Shown here: positions 45,020 to 57,879 of the stretch, in pieces
Numbering within the stretch: position 1 is the first letter of the stretch
Layout of the letters: each line of letters opens with the position of its first letter
DNA from: the human T2T-CHM13v2.0 reference genome, Homo sapiens
Length of the DNA: 64,000 bases
NCBI RefSeq assembly: GCF_009914755.1
Contig: NC_060941.1
Reading direction: 5' to 3' (one strand)
Made by a program: the position numbers and the translations under genes
The notes under the pieces: model-generated
Databases searched by the model: none
What the model was told of the DNA's origin: nothing
Seen by the model: only the letters and a program-made list of their open reading frames with translations

Positions 45020-45855
45020 TATGGAAGGCAGAATTGAAAGGTGACCTCTCAATGAGCTATCCCCTTGGATAATCTTCTCTCCTTCAATATGGGAGAGACC
45101 AGTGACTGTGATGGATGCACTGTTATGATTAGGTTACGTTATTTGGCAAAGATGAAGAGGTTTTTCAGACATAATTAAAGTTCCTAATTACTATGACTTT
45201 GAGTTAAAAGAAAGATTATCCTGGGTAAGCCTGACCTAATCAGGTGAGCCCTTTAAAAGAGGACATTCTCAGCCAGGTGCGGTGGCTCATGCCTGTAATC
45301 ACAACACTGGGAGGCCGAGGAGGGTGGATCACCTGAGGTTGGGAGTTGGAGACCAGCCTGACCAACATGGATAAACCCCTTCTCTACTAAAAATGCAAAA
45401 ATTAGCCGGGGGTGGTGGTGCATGCCTGTAATCTCAGCTACTCAGGAGGCTGAGGCAGGAGAATCGCCTGAACCAGGGTGGCGGAGGTTGCGGTGAGCCG
45501 AGATCACGCCATTGCACTCCAGCCTGGGCAACAAGAGCAAAACTCTGTCTCAGAAAAGAAAGAAAGAAAGAAAAAGACATTCTCCTGCTGGCCTTGGAAA
45601 AAAGCAAGCCATTGTGAGTTCTAACACTGCAAAGACCTGAATTCTATCAATAACCAGTGAACTTGGAAGGGGACACTGAGCTTCTCATGGGACTGCCACC
45701 CTAGCCAGCGCCTTGAGTGCAGCATTGTTAGACCCTAAGCAGAGGTCCCAGATAATCCATGCCTGGACTCCTGACCATGAAAACTGTGAGATAATAAATA
45801 TGTGCATTGTTTTAAGCTGCTAAATGTCTAGCAACTTATTACACAGGTAACTAAC
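45020..45855 (+). mobile_element. MLT1 solo LTR interrupted by an Alu
   Basis: gattatcctgggtaagcctgacctaatcaggtgagccc…aactgtgagataataaat…gttttaagctgctaaat. Confidence 0.8.
45271..45575 (+). mobile_element. AluSp-like
   Basis: Full dimer; TSD gacattctc. Confidence 0.94.
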
Positions 45856-45972
45856 AGCAAAGGAGAGAAAGCCAAAATGAAGGGGAAAGGGACAGAATTG
45901 CTTGGAATCTTCATGAATGTTTGGAGATGGTTGGGGCAGGGGAAGTAAAAAGAAGGGTCCAAAACACACCAG

Positions 45973-46288
45973 GGCCGGGCACGGTGGCTTACACCTGTAA
46001 TCCCAGCACTTTGGGAGGCCAAGGCAGGCAGATCACCTGAGCGCAGGAGTTCAAGACCAGCTTGGCTGGTCTTGATAGGGGGAAGCCCTATCTCTACTAA
46101 AAATACAAAATCATCTGGGCGCAGTGGCATGCATCTGTAATCCCAGCTACTCGGGAGGCTGAGGCAGGGAGAATCTCTTGAACCCAGGAGGCAAGGTTGC
46201 AGTAAGCCCAGATCGCACCACTGTACTCCAGCCTGGGCAACAGAGCGAGACTCTGTCTCAAAATAATAAAAAATAATAATAAAAAAAA
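45973..46288 (+). mobile_element. AluSx-like with rearranged left-arm segment
   Basis: TSD aaaacacacca; non-consensus segment at 46062-46088. Confidence 0.93.
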
Positions 46289-46912
46289 CACACCAAAATT
46301 GTTCTGGGCACCCCACATGTATTCTTTCATTTAAATATCCCAACTCTTCCTGGAAGTAAATATTTCTAACTCCATTTTACAGATAAGACGTTGAGTATCC
46401 CAGAGAACTCCAATAATTCACTCCAAAGTACAGGGTTATCCTGATGGAAAGAAGATCTTTCTCACACTGGAGGCTCATGTCTTGCCTTTGTGTCACATCA
46501 CGGGCTTACTCCAAGCCCCAGGAAAAGAAGGTCATGGAGTAGCCTGGCAAGGAAAACATACTCCAAGGTGGTGGGTGACATTGCAGGACAGAGCCTGGCG
46601 GCATGCCGCTGCTGCATTAGCCTGCTGCTTTTCGAGCCTAGCAGCTTAGGAGTTCTGTTCTCCTTGAGAACATCTTCTCCAAATTCCACCCCTCTCAAAA
46701 ATTTTTTTTGTTTTACCAAAAGTGCTTGGCTAGAGAGGAGAAATGATGAACTTCTTTATGAGCATATTTATAACCATAGATATTCCAAGCCATAGGAGGT
46801 ATAAATTTCAGGATATATGTCAGTAGCTCCACACTGTGATGGGAAAATTGAGGGGGGCTCTGGTTATTGGCATTTCCCAAACTCACTGAAAAAAAGAAAC
46901 TGCTTCCCTGCA

Positions 46913-46956
46913 AACACACATACACACACACACACCACACTCCACACATACACACA

Positions 46957-46999
<43 letters not shown>
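46913..46999. repeat. (CA)n compound microsatellite
   Basis: Interrupted then pure CA run. Confidence 0.95.
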
Positions 47000-47001
<2 letters not shown>

Positions 47002-47439
47002 CCCCTAGGCCTGCAGAGAGAAAACAACTTACTCCTGGCCAGCTCATCTAGGTCATGCAGACCCTACAATCAATGCTGGCTTCAGCTAATTTCATCCCAA
47101 CTTGCACTGAAAAAATAATTCTCTGCCAAGTTGCCATGTATCTCTTCTCAGCCCCAAAGCCTTCGGGATAAAAATCTGTTTGGCTTTTTCTTTTTTCTTT
47201 TTTTAATGTTGCTCAAAATAGTTTTCTCTGCTCAGATAATTTTGCAATATTCCTTATCCCACCAATCTCTTCCCTGTAGAGTACCTCCCTGCCACACACA
47301 TCTCAAAGCCGGTCAGAGCCCTTCCAGACTCCTGTGTGCACCCGTTCCCAAACCTCCCTCCACTTTCCTTCTTCTCATTGAAGACCAGGGGGCTGGGGGT
47401 TGACTGAAGACCAGGAGAGGTAGAAGAGAAAGAAAGATC

Positions 47440-47910
47440 TCAGGCGGAATCATGCCCTCTCCTCCCATGTTCATGTCCTAATCCCAGGAATCTGTGAATA
47501 GGTTACATTATACAGCAAAGGGAATCCAGGCAGTGGATGAGATTAGGGAGGATAATAAACTGACTTTATGATAGAGTTTATTTTTGCCGTAAGGTTAATG
47601 TAGAAGAGGGAAGCAGAAGGTGGGGAAGGGAGCATTAAAGCGGTAAGATGCAATAGGAACTTGACCCACGATTGCTGGCTTCAAAAATGGAGGAAGCGGC
47701 CATGAGCCAAGTACTCGGGCGGCCTCTAGAAGCTGGAAAAGGTGAGGAAATCGATTTTCCCCTAGAGCCTCCAGAAACTAACGCAGCCCCGCTGACACCT
47801 TGATTTTGACCCCCTGAGACCCACTTTGGACTTCTGCCCTCCATAACAGCAAGATAATTAATGTGTGCTGTTTTAAGCCACTACATTCGTGGTAATTTGT
47901 TATAGCAGGA
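47440..47910 (+). mobile_element. MLT1D-like solo LTR
   Basis: gcctctagaagctggaaaaggtgaggaaatcgattttcccctagagcctccagaa…gtaatttgttatagcag. Confidence 0.85.
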
Positions 47911-48839
47911 ATGGGAAAATGATGTTACGTAATCGCTGAGATGCTCCTGCACACGAAATCAGCCTATAGACAGGCGCCCAGGCCAGGACTAGATCCCCAA
48001 AGGGAACATGGATGGATTGTTCTTCCTCGTCTCTGACACATCAGCAAGAAGGTGTCTATCCCTGAAGACCTTATTTACAAAATCGCCCCGCTCAGATCCA
48101 GAGAGTAAGCTCTAGGGCTAACCCCTCTAATGTGTTTTCAGCAACAGGGGATGGGGCAGAGGCCGGGACCAGGACATTAGAGGTTGTCCCCATGAGCTAT
48201 TGTCACCTCGGGTCTCCATCTGTCACCGACTGATCTTTTAAGGACTCGTAGTATGCAGGCAGGCTTGTGTGTAATAGACGACACCCGGGGTCCACGTGCA
48301 TATGAAGTTGCAAATAAGCCCTAATTATATACGTATACAGAGTGGTTTTTATGTTCTGAGCCACCAACTATTTAACGGGCTTCTTGAGAGATGGGTCTTT
48401 GTTTTATTTCATTGATCCATGTGCCTATAACACCTCGGCCAGATGCACAAATAACTCTGGGTCGGTTACGGAATGGATTTTCCCCTAAGGAGAGACTCAT
48501 TCGCAGGCAAAGTTTTTGAGCCTTCCCAAGCTAAGCCCAGCCCGAGCTCTGACTTGCCCCCTGCTCCAGAGCCCCTCCCTATTTAGAGCCCAGTAGGTTT
48601 TTCACTCCAACTCAGGTATCTTTTCCCATTCCCTCGGGGTTGTGAGGTGGGAGCGTTGTGTCGCAGCTGGATCTCCAGATGCGCCGTGTCACATTTGTCC
48701 CCCCAAAAAGCATATCCTAGAAAATGAAAGCCTTTCCATTTCCCCGTGGAAATGCATCTAAGTCCAGTATTGGAGCTGCGAGATACAGAATCGTCTCTGC
48801 CAGTGCCCTGAGCCCCTCAAACCGAGGGGAATGCGTGGG

Positions 48840-49500
48840 CTTCGGTCCGTCGGAAGCTTTTCTTCTCAGGGGTCCAGCTTATTTCCAAATTGCCCCGCGT
48901 GAACTGTCCCGCGGGCGCGCACGCCCTTTCGCGCAGCCTTTGCAGCCGGCTGGCGGGAGATCCCGGCCGCTTCCCTTTCGCCGGCAGAAGCCCGGCCGGG
49001 GAAGCCCCGGCTGCGCACGCCCATCCCCAGGACCTCGGAGCTCCCAGCGGCTGCCGCAGCCCCGCGAACCACCTGCAAGCCCCGCGGCGTCGCAGCCCTT
49101 CCTTCTTTCCTCCGGGCATCCGCTCTTTAGCTCGCGCCCCTCTCCCAGATTCCCGACCCCTGGCCCTGCTCCCGCCCTCTGTGCCTCGGCGGCTGCGGGG
49201 CCCGCCGCAAAGAGTTAAGAGCCGGTTCCCGAGACGGCTTCGGCGGCTCCGGGTCCCCAGACCCCGCTCGCCGCTCCTGATTGGCTGAGCGCCTGTCAGT
49301 AGTAAAGGGTATCAGATGGCAAAGTTGGGACCTTCATAAAGGCGTGGTGGCGATTCTCCGCAATCGCCGGCAGCCTATGACATCAGACAGGAACGCCTGG
49401 GATGCCGCGCTGCTCCTGGCCAACCTCCGAGGAGGAGGAGGGTCCCGCCGGCTAAGAGTTAATTAGCCCCGCACGGCGAGGGGGGAGGCGCCAGTTTTCT
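48840..49500. promoter_or_regulatory. CpG island / MYOCD promoter
   Basis: Abrupt rise in GC content and CpG density (cgcgggcgcgcacgc, ccgcggcgtcgc, etc.) immediately upstream of exon 1. Confidence 0.9.
49278..49342 (+). promoter_or_regulatory. Core promoter: inverted CCAAT box (ATTGG 49280-49284), TGACAG-type site (CTGTCA 49293-49298), TATA-like CATAAA (49335-49340)
   Basis: Motifs read directly, at canonical spacing from the inferred TSS. Confidence 0.6.
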
Positions 49501-49660
49501 GGGGACACTGGCTGCCACTGTACTCCTACCCAGGGGAGCTCACGGAGAGTTGGATGAATTCTGGGTTGTTAGCTGCGGTCAGCTGGGCTCCCGGGAGCCT
49601 GTTGCTGGTGGAGAACAGGGGGCGCCTGGCCAAGGGACCAGCGGCTTGCTGAGACTCAAC
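49362..49660 (+). other. MYOCD: MYOCD exon 1 5' UTR (start approximate)
   Basis: GC-rich sequence between the core promoter elements (CCAAT 49280, TATA-like CATAAA 49335) and the ATG. The TSS is inferred ~27 nt downstream of CATAAA and from my recollection of a ~300-nt leader. Confidence 0.7.
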
Positions 49661-49715
49661 ATGACACTCCTGGGGTCTGAGCATTCCTTGCTGATTAGGA
49701 GCAAGTTCAGATCAG
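49661..49715 (+). CDS. MYOCD: Myocardin, first coding exon (18 codons + 1 nt, phase-1 intron follows)
   Basis: ATG at 49661 (context AACatgA) translates to MTLLGSEHSLLIRSKFRS, which I recognise as the myocardin N-terminus. The donor CAG|GTAGG is at 49715/49716, and the exon lies at the 3' edge of a CpG island. Confidence 0.96.
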
Positions 49716-52099
49716 GTAGGGCTAAGGCATTTAGCATTCCTTCTTAAACTTTCCTCTTCTGCAATTCTCAACTCTAGAACTGCTTTCCAATAAATGTTTC
49801 AAAGCCTGCCAGGTCTACCTCAACTTTGTTCCCCAAAAGCACATTGTGGAAGCGAAGAGTTTTGTTTGACTTTGGGGGCCTTTCGTGTCTTCCGTTGTAA
49901 GTGCTTTGGGTGGTCGAGTGTGGTTGTTCATCTGTGAAAAGGCCAATCCTTTTATTTTATTTTCTCTGCATCTATGAATAGAAATTTTGGAGGGGTACAT
50001 TCAGAGGGAGCAACTTTGGAAATGAACAAATAAGGGATTTCAAGTTTGGAAGCTGCGTAGTATCGGTTATAATCGCTGAGAAGATGAACCTGATGTTGTG
50101 TGTTAGGTACAGGGGTCACTTAAAATGTAGCTAATCCAAACAAATGTATTTCCCAAAAAAAGTCACTTGGGGGAAGTAAAAATAGCAAATTTGGAGCACA
50201 CCAAGTATTTAAAATGACATCACTGTAGAAAAAAAAAGAAAGCCCAGTGCCACAAATATTTTTTCCCAAACCATCTGATATTTATAAATAGAGAATTTCC
50301 CCCAAAATTTCTGTGTTAGTGGCACATGGAGAAACTTCTCAAAGGACGCTGAGTGGAGGTGAGTGGAAGGGAGAGACGGGAGCTCTAACCGCTTCTCCAG
50401 AAGGGCTTGTACACGCGCCCATGGAAGGTGTCTGTGTGGGTCTCCACGTTTAGACAAAGCAACACTTGACTTCTGAAGTTATTTTTCAGTAGCTCTGTGT
50501 ATAATGTTGGTTTTAGAAAACTGGTTAACAACACACTCAACAATGTAGGACTTCTACTTAGATTGATGACTTTTAGGAGAACTCTGATGTGAACATTAGA
50601 CATAACAGGTGTCAGAAAGATGCTGGCATAGGTTGCTAAGCTAAAGTTTCCTTAGCCCTTCTACATGGGGCCAACTCAGTTGTTTCACTTGGGATGGATG
50701 GTTCAAAAAGGAAAAATGTAGATGCTGGGAGGTAAGGTTCATCTGTGACTTTCTTAGATGCCCTTGGTTTTTAGATGCCTGTGGAGTCAACTGGAGATTT
50801 TCTTAGGATCTTCATTGTTGATGCAAGTTGAAAACTCAAGAGCTTAGGCGGTCACAAGTCTCACTGCCCCTGAAGCTCTGGGATGAGTCCGCCAGCCACT
50901 GGGGTCGGCAGTGGATTAAGTCCTTCCTTTCCTTTCCATGGTGAGGTGAGGCGGTTGATCTGTTAACCAGCTAGAGACCTCACCACTGCGTTGTATTCGG
51001 TCAAAACTGTAAGGCAACACTGCCACCTTTCTGAAGAAGAGAGGATGTAGATTTGTTTTCTATGAGGCTGCATTCATTTCAAATGCTTCCTTGCCAGTTT
51101 AAATGTGGAGGGTCTGGGGGTGCTGGTTTGTCTCTAAAAGGATCTGGTGATGTACTTGATAGTAGACTTGCAAAACGCTTATCAATCCCTCCTTCAGCTA
51201 AAGTGCAGTGGAGAGGGAAGTCAGTTTTTGCCACACTCCCAACTTCCATCTCAGTGGATTTGTGGAGTCCTGGTGTCTCCTAAGTAGACCCTGAAGACCC
51301 TGATCCTGGAGCTTCAGAGAATTCCAGCCTCACTTTTTTTAAAGTTGTGCAGGCTTTTGTGTCATAAGGAAAGGTAGCTTCGGGAAAACATGATATCACA
51401 GCAGAAGCAGGCATCCTTAATCCTCCCGTCATTGATAAACAGGGAATCTGGAGTCTGAGATGCAAACATTGATAGTCTCTTGACAGACAAGAGAAAAAAA
51501 ACAAGTGGAATGTAAAACTTAGAAAATGTAATGTTTGAATGGAGGTTATTCTTTCTGGATGTAATTACTACTATGGCTGTGCCAGCACTGAGGTCGCAGC
51601 ATGCTAACAAGAGGGCCTCTCTTTAAGAGAATGTCTTTTATTTTGTCACCAACAGTGAATAAGGGCCTTGACTTTATTTTGATTTCTCTCTCTCTCTTTC
51701 ACTGTTTTCCCTTCTCTTTCATCATCTTCTTCTCCTCCTTCTCTTTCAAAAGCAACTCAAACAGTAAACTCATAAAACTGTTTCTATCTCACTGCGAATA
51801 TTTGCTTTGATAGTAGATCGTGGTATTATGTATTCCATTAAACATATTTCAAAAAATAAATGCAACAGAACCATTCTCTGATTACAGCAACAGACCCACT
51901 GTGACGGGGTTTATTTATAGGTGAGCAGATAACTGCTTTTACTCTGAAATCATCATCGATGTCAACCATGGCCGACCAACTTTCTATAAGCTGTATTTGA
52001 GTGACCTCGTGATTAAGGACAAAATTGTGCTACAGCAGCAGTAAGCTCTGAAAGTTTACATGTATGAACATGTTTAGTGATATAAACTCATTTGAGAAG

Positions 52100-52345
52100 C
52101 CAAAGGGTGTCCTGGTTGAGTGCGTGGGTCTCGGGGGCCAGACTAGCTGGGTTTTTCATAGTGGTCTCTGCTTACTAGCTACATGACCCTGAGCGTTAGG
52201 TAAATTACATAATTCTCTGTGCCTCAACTTGCCTCACCTGAATAAAGAGGATGACTATAGGGTCATTGTGAGAATTAAATGTGAAGTAGAGAACTTCGAA
52301 AATGCCCAGGCCTTAGAAGGCTCTTACAAAACATTTTTCTATTAT
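52100..52345. mobile_element. MIR
   Basis: cttactagctacatgaccctg…ctctgtgcctcaac…gtgagaattaaatg. Confidence 0.65.
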
Positions 52346-53027
52346 TAATATTGATGTGCAGTGGGACCGGCGGTTGGTCAGTTTCTCTGTCTCAGTTATT
52401 TAATCGGTAAATGTTGAGGTTGGATTAGGCAATGTCTTAGACCCCTTTGGTAACATTTTATCATTCTCTGAAAACACATAAAGATTGACTGGGAACAAGT
52501 GTAACTGTGATTGTGCTGTGTGGCAATTGTGTGTGAAGGAGAGGCAGTTTTACATGAATGTAGTAATTTGTGCTGATTTTAAACTAATCACATTTTTACA
52601 GTTTTTAATCTTCTCATGTTGTTTATTCAATATCTAATCAGTGTCACTATCAACAGTTCTCCTCCATATCAATCCTTGTGTCCTACAAAACACACAGGGA
52701 GGTACGTATGTGTGCCACACACAGGCACACACAGCCCTCAGACATAAAGGATCAAAAGTGGAGAGAGAGATCCATGAATGGATGTTGCTTCTAAAGAATC
52801 ATTGTGTTTCTTTTGCTTCTCTCTCTCTCTTTCCCACTTCCCCATCTTAAACCGCGCAAACAGAGGCAAAGTCTGGCAATTGCCATGAACTTGACCCCAC
52901 CCCCACAAATATAACCTTGTTCAGTTTAGCAAATAAAAATACAGAATGCTCAGTTCAATGTGAATTTCCAAGCAATAGTGATTACTTTTTCACTATATAG
53001 CAGTACTTGGGACATACTTTTCTCTGA

Positions 53028-53323
<296 letters not shown>

Positions 53324-56300
53324 AATCCGAGTGGTTTTTGATCAACACTTTCTGCTGCCCCATCCAATATCCTATCAAGCTCTTGAGATTCTCTGGGTCC
53401 CCAAGGACTCCCCAAAATGCAAAACTTGTACTTTAGGCATGAAAGCAGAAAACTCCAGATGGGGTGGGGGTACCATGAGAATGAACCCTAGGTCCCCCAG
53501 AGTACAGCCAGCTTATGGGTGAGGAAGAACATGGGAGCTTCACCTCTGGTCTCTGGTCGTCTGGCAAGGAGGAAGATAAGCTCAGCAGGCAGGCCGGTGC
53601 TCAAGCAGCAGAGGCTCCAGAGGTTGGAGCTGTAGTTAAAAGAAGGCAAAGAACATGCAAAGCAGGTACTCAAGAGGCTGTGGCTGAATTCAGGTAGTGG
53701 GACCCACCCCACTGTGTTCTTCTACTCCAATAGATGCAGGATCAGGCCCCTGGTGCCTGTAATTGGTTGCTTGTCCTTTCAGAGAGGGCAAGGGACATCT
53801 CAGCAAGACCCTGCAGTCATCTCTCTCTGTCGTTTCTCTATTCTCCATCCTTCAGACAACCTAAAAGGACGACTGATTCCTACTTTAAGCTAAATCCTCA
53901 ACATCTCTGGCACTGAATTTTCTCTCTCAGGAATTGAGCTTAGCCTAAGAAGTCGGTCCCCAAGATTTTTATCATAATGGACAGTACTGAAGACATTTTC
54001 ACCATGAGCTCGAGAGAAGCCCAGACTATCTACCTTCATTGGCAATTAGTTTTCTAGTTTAGAACAAATAATTTAACCTACAAGAGTACCTTTCCCATGA
54101 TATGTAATATTTATGTATGTACATATAATTTAATTCACCTTTTTAGATCTCATTTTTACTTTCTACAAAATAGAGGGTTTTGACTGGTTTCTATTTCAAG
54201 TTGCTTTTAGCCCTAAGATTCAATACTTTTCCAAGGGAATGGCCCTAAATATTTTTGTAAATGCTTGATCAAAGCATTACATATGAGAATACAATTTAAT
54301 GGACCTTAAAAAATGAACATATTTTAATTTCTACATGGAATGTAAAAGTTAAAGGAACATTTGGGGTCTGGCTCAAGCCACCTGCTTGAGACCATTCCTG
54401 TCTCCTCAAGTCCAGCTGTATTCGATTCACTCACAGCTCCCATGCCCTTCCCTCACCATCTTAATCACTATAGCAAGAACCCCAACCCCCACCTTCCCTG
54501 CCCTAGTTTTATTCATAGCTCTTATCACTATTGGACAGACTAAACCTTTTACTTGTTTATTTGCTTATTATTTGTCCATAACGGCAGAAATTATTACTTG
54601 TTTATTCGTGTTTGGTTTTTACTGTCTTTATTCTCTAGCACCTAACATAGTTTATAGGGTATTTTCCAGTCATTTCATATCATCTATGCTTGGCACAGAG
54701 AAGGAACCCATTAAATATATGTTGAATAAATAGGTTTTATTCTTCCTCTAAAGTCTATTCAAAAACATCAAAAACAAGCAATATAGGTTTATTGTTAGAT
54801 GTGCGTTTGTGTGTACTAAAACTAGAACAAAAAGGAGAGGAGTGACTATAAATACAAAAGTCAAAGTCATAGCACAGTGGGAGAGGCTAAATAAGGAGGT
54901 AGGGGTGTAGCCGAAAGGTAAGAAGCAGGTTATCCCTATTGTTCTTAGGTTAGGCAGTAGTTGTGTCCATGTGTTATTAAGCAAATTAATTAAACAAAGG
55001 TCATCTATGGCTCAATGACGATAGTGTGACAGTGTCATGAACCAAGGATTGTGATTAATTCAATTCTGTGTACCCAGGATACTTTTTTAAAAACATATAA
55101 ATTCTTTAAGACCAGGAAGAGTGGCATTTGTCTTTTATCTGCTACAGCATGTGACAGAAACAGTTAGCAAGATTGTGTCAAGTTGGCTTGAACCAGATTG
55201 AATGTGCTCTACTCTAATTGGATTAAATTGAAGAATAACAGAAGTGCAGGGCAGAAGCAAAATACTCCACCCAGGGTTAGAATTTTACATGCTTCAAAAA
55301 AGCCAAACCTGAATAGGAGATGCTAGAACAGGCTGCTTTTCATTTCCTTTATTTTCATCTAATTAGCAAGGCTTCCCGAGCATCTAATGAATGGTGAACA
55401 GGTACCCCACATCTCTGTCCAGATCAAGGGGGAGGAGCCAGCAGGTGCATTTCACAGGTCTCTGCTTTCCTGGTTCCATTCCTTCTGTCCTGTGGGCCAA
55501 GTCACAGTGGGAGCCCATCTGGGACTCCGTGGTCTTGGGAATATGTTTATATTCCCAGGGCTCTCTGGGCCTCTGTTTCCATATTGGTAAAATGACTCAT
55601 GGTCTTCACATCCTCATACTTCTATGAGGGAAAGATCTTTGTAGAATTATTAAGGGTTTCTTTCTGAAAAGAAGGAAATTAGTGAACCTTTATTCACTGT
55701 GTGGAAATGGATAACTGGATCTGGTGGCATGTGAGTTGCATAAGAGTTCTTGCTTATGCGTGGAGTAGTTAAAAGTTTTCGATGAACACAAATAGGATTA
55801 ATAACAACAACCATGACCATTAGCCCAATAATAGTTTTGCAGCCTTACGACGTTAGTACTTTGAATTTCTATTTTATTAGGCAGATAATGCTTATATGTT
55901 TCAGAATAGCTAGTAAGTCAAGCTGTCAAGCTTTACGTAACGAGATTTGGATCATTATTCTTAGATAAAACAGAAAGAGGTGTCCAATTTTTGTTAAAAT
56001 AAAATGTATCATTTATCCCCAGAAATTTAGAATAAATAAAACTGTTTTGTGACTTTTGTTTTTCCAGAGCATAGCAAAATGAAGGGAGAATAATGTCTTT
56101 CTTTTCTCCTGCTGGTGAGGGAAGATAAGTTCTTTCTTTTCACTATTGGGGTACTTCTCTTATGAGTACAATCCCTCTGACTCATGGATGTTTGCTGTAT
56201 TCAGCTACTTTAGATCACTAGAGAAGAAATTGAATTCAAAGTGAATTAAGCCACTGTAATATTGTGAGATGTATGTATTGGGTTCTCCTAGCTCTCACTT

Positions 56301-57879
56301 GGTTTGTGCAGCAATGATTAATGGATACACAGACCCTCAAATACTTAGTATGTCTTTATCAGCAATCCCTTCTGACACCTCAGTTTGAACTACTGCATTG
56401 AGTAAGTTTTCCCTTCTCAACTTGTATCTCCTTCCCCTTGGCCTCTTAAGTGGTACGAAAGCATCAAATTAGTTGTTTCTCATAAAATATGGTCAAATAA
56501 CTCCAGGCAATATCCTCATTTCACAGATGATGTGAAATGACTAGAAAATACCCCATAAACTATTCTGCCTTTTCTATTTCCGGAAACACTCTCCTTAGGA
56601 AGCCAATCTTGTTTTCTGCTGACTGGTTGGGCTGGTTTTTCAGTCCTAGGTAAAGTTCCACAAGGAACTTTCTGTTATTTATTTGAGACTTACTGCCCTG
56701 TCTGGAGCTTCTAAAAAATGATTTCAAAAAAGTTAAATCCAGAAAATGCTGTTCAACATTAATTGAACAATAGTTCAATAGTTCTCCTCAATACATTATA
56801 TTTTTTGTCATTTGTGTTCTCTTTCTGTCCTGGTCCAGTTGCATAAAGATTTTTACAACGTGATAATCAGAGTATATACATAAGTTTATACTCAGCCTTT
56901 TTATCGTTAGTATAATAGCATAAATATTTTTCAAGCGGCTACATAGCAACATAGTTTTTGCTTTAAAGACTGTATAATATTCCCCCAAGTGAGTATATAG
57001 TAATTTACTAAACCTTTTCCACTTGTATTGGAAAATTAAGCCAGTTATAATCTTTATATTATAAATAACACTACTATGAAAATCTGTATGCATAACACTA
57101 CTGTGAAATCCTTCATGTAAAGAAAGAAAATATTTTCCTCCCTTTGGATTGTTTTGTAGGCTACTCATTATTTAGAGTAAATGCCTAAGTGTGGGAATAA
57201 TGGATTTGAATATTTATGAGCTGTAATGATGGCTAGTGTTTTTGGAGCACTTACAATGTAACAAACTTAACTTTAGGCCTATTTCTATTTGGCGATGAAT
57301 GCTTGTCCCTACTGTACAACTAACTCAGAGTAACCTTGGGTACTTACCCAATGGTGGCTGGTATCTGATGAGCCTTTCATACCTTTTCAGTAGAGATTGA
57401 AAAGGAAAATGAGTAACAGTTGCCTAATGCCTTTGGAAACTTCCATGTGGTCTGCTATTTAGGGACCACGTGTTACCAAATATGACTCATGCCTCATCAA
57501 AAGGGAAGAGAAGAGGACTAGGAGTTACTGAACCTATTATCTGTGGGCACCTTTATCATCTCATTTAATCCTTACAAAAATGTGATTATTCCTATCTTAG
57601 AGATGAAGAAGCTGAGGCTCAAAGATGTTAGACAACTTGGAGGCCAGGTATGAACGTATTTGTTCCACTGTCCCATGATGATTATCTCTATTATAACCTG
57701 CAGCTCCTTTCCTTCTTTCCCTGCCCCACCGCATAACCATACACACATACCTGACCCAGTAGATTTAATGTGCCTCTTTCTGGGCTACAACTCCAGGCAT
57801 ATATCCAATTACTGCTATCGTCCTTGATTTCCTAAATAGTGATTTATCAAACTAGTTGTTTCTAGTACTTAACCTATAA

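Noticed and set aside
48724-49288. Overlapping Pro/Arg/Ala-rich ORFs of 100-164 aa
   Set aside because: Expected stop-codon scarcity in a CpG island; no protein similarity recognised.
49716-49747. ORF track continuation GRAKAFSIPS after the myocardin N-terminus
   Set aside because: Read-through past the splice donor into intron 1.
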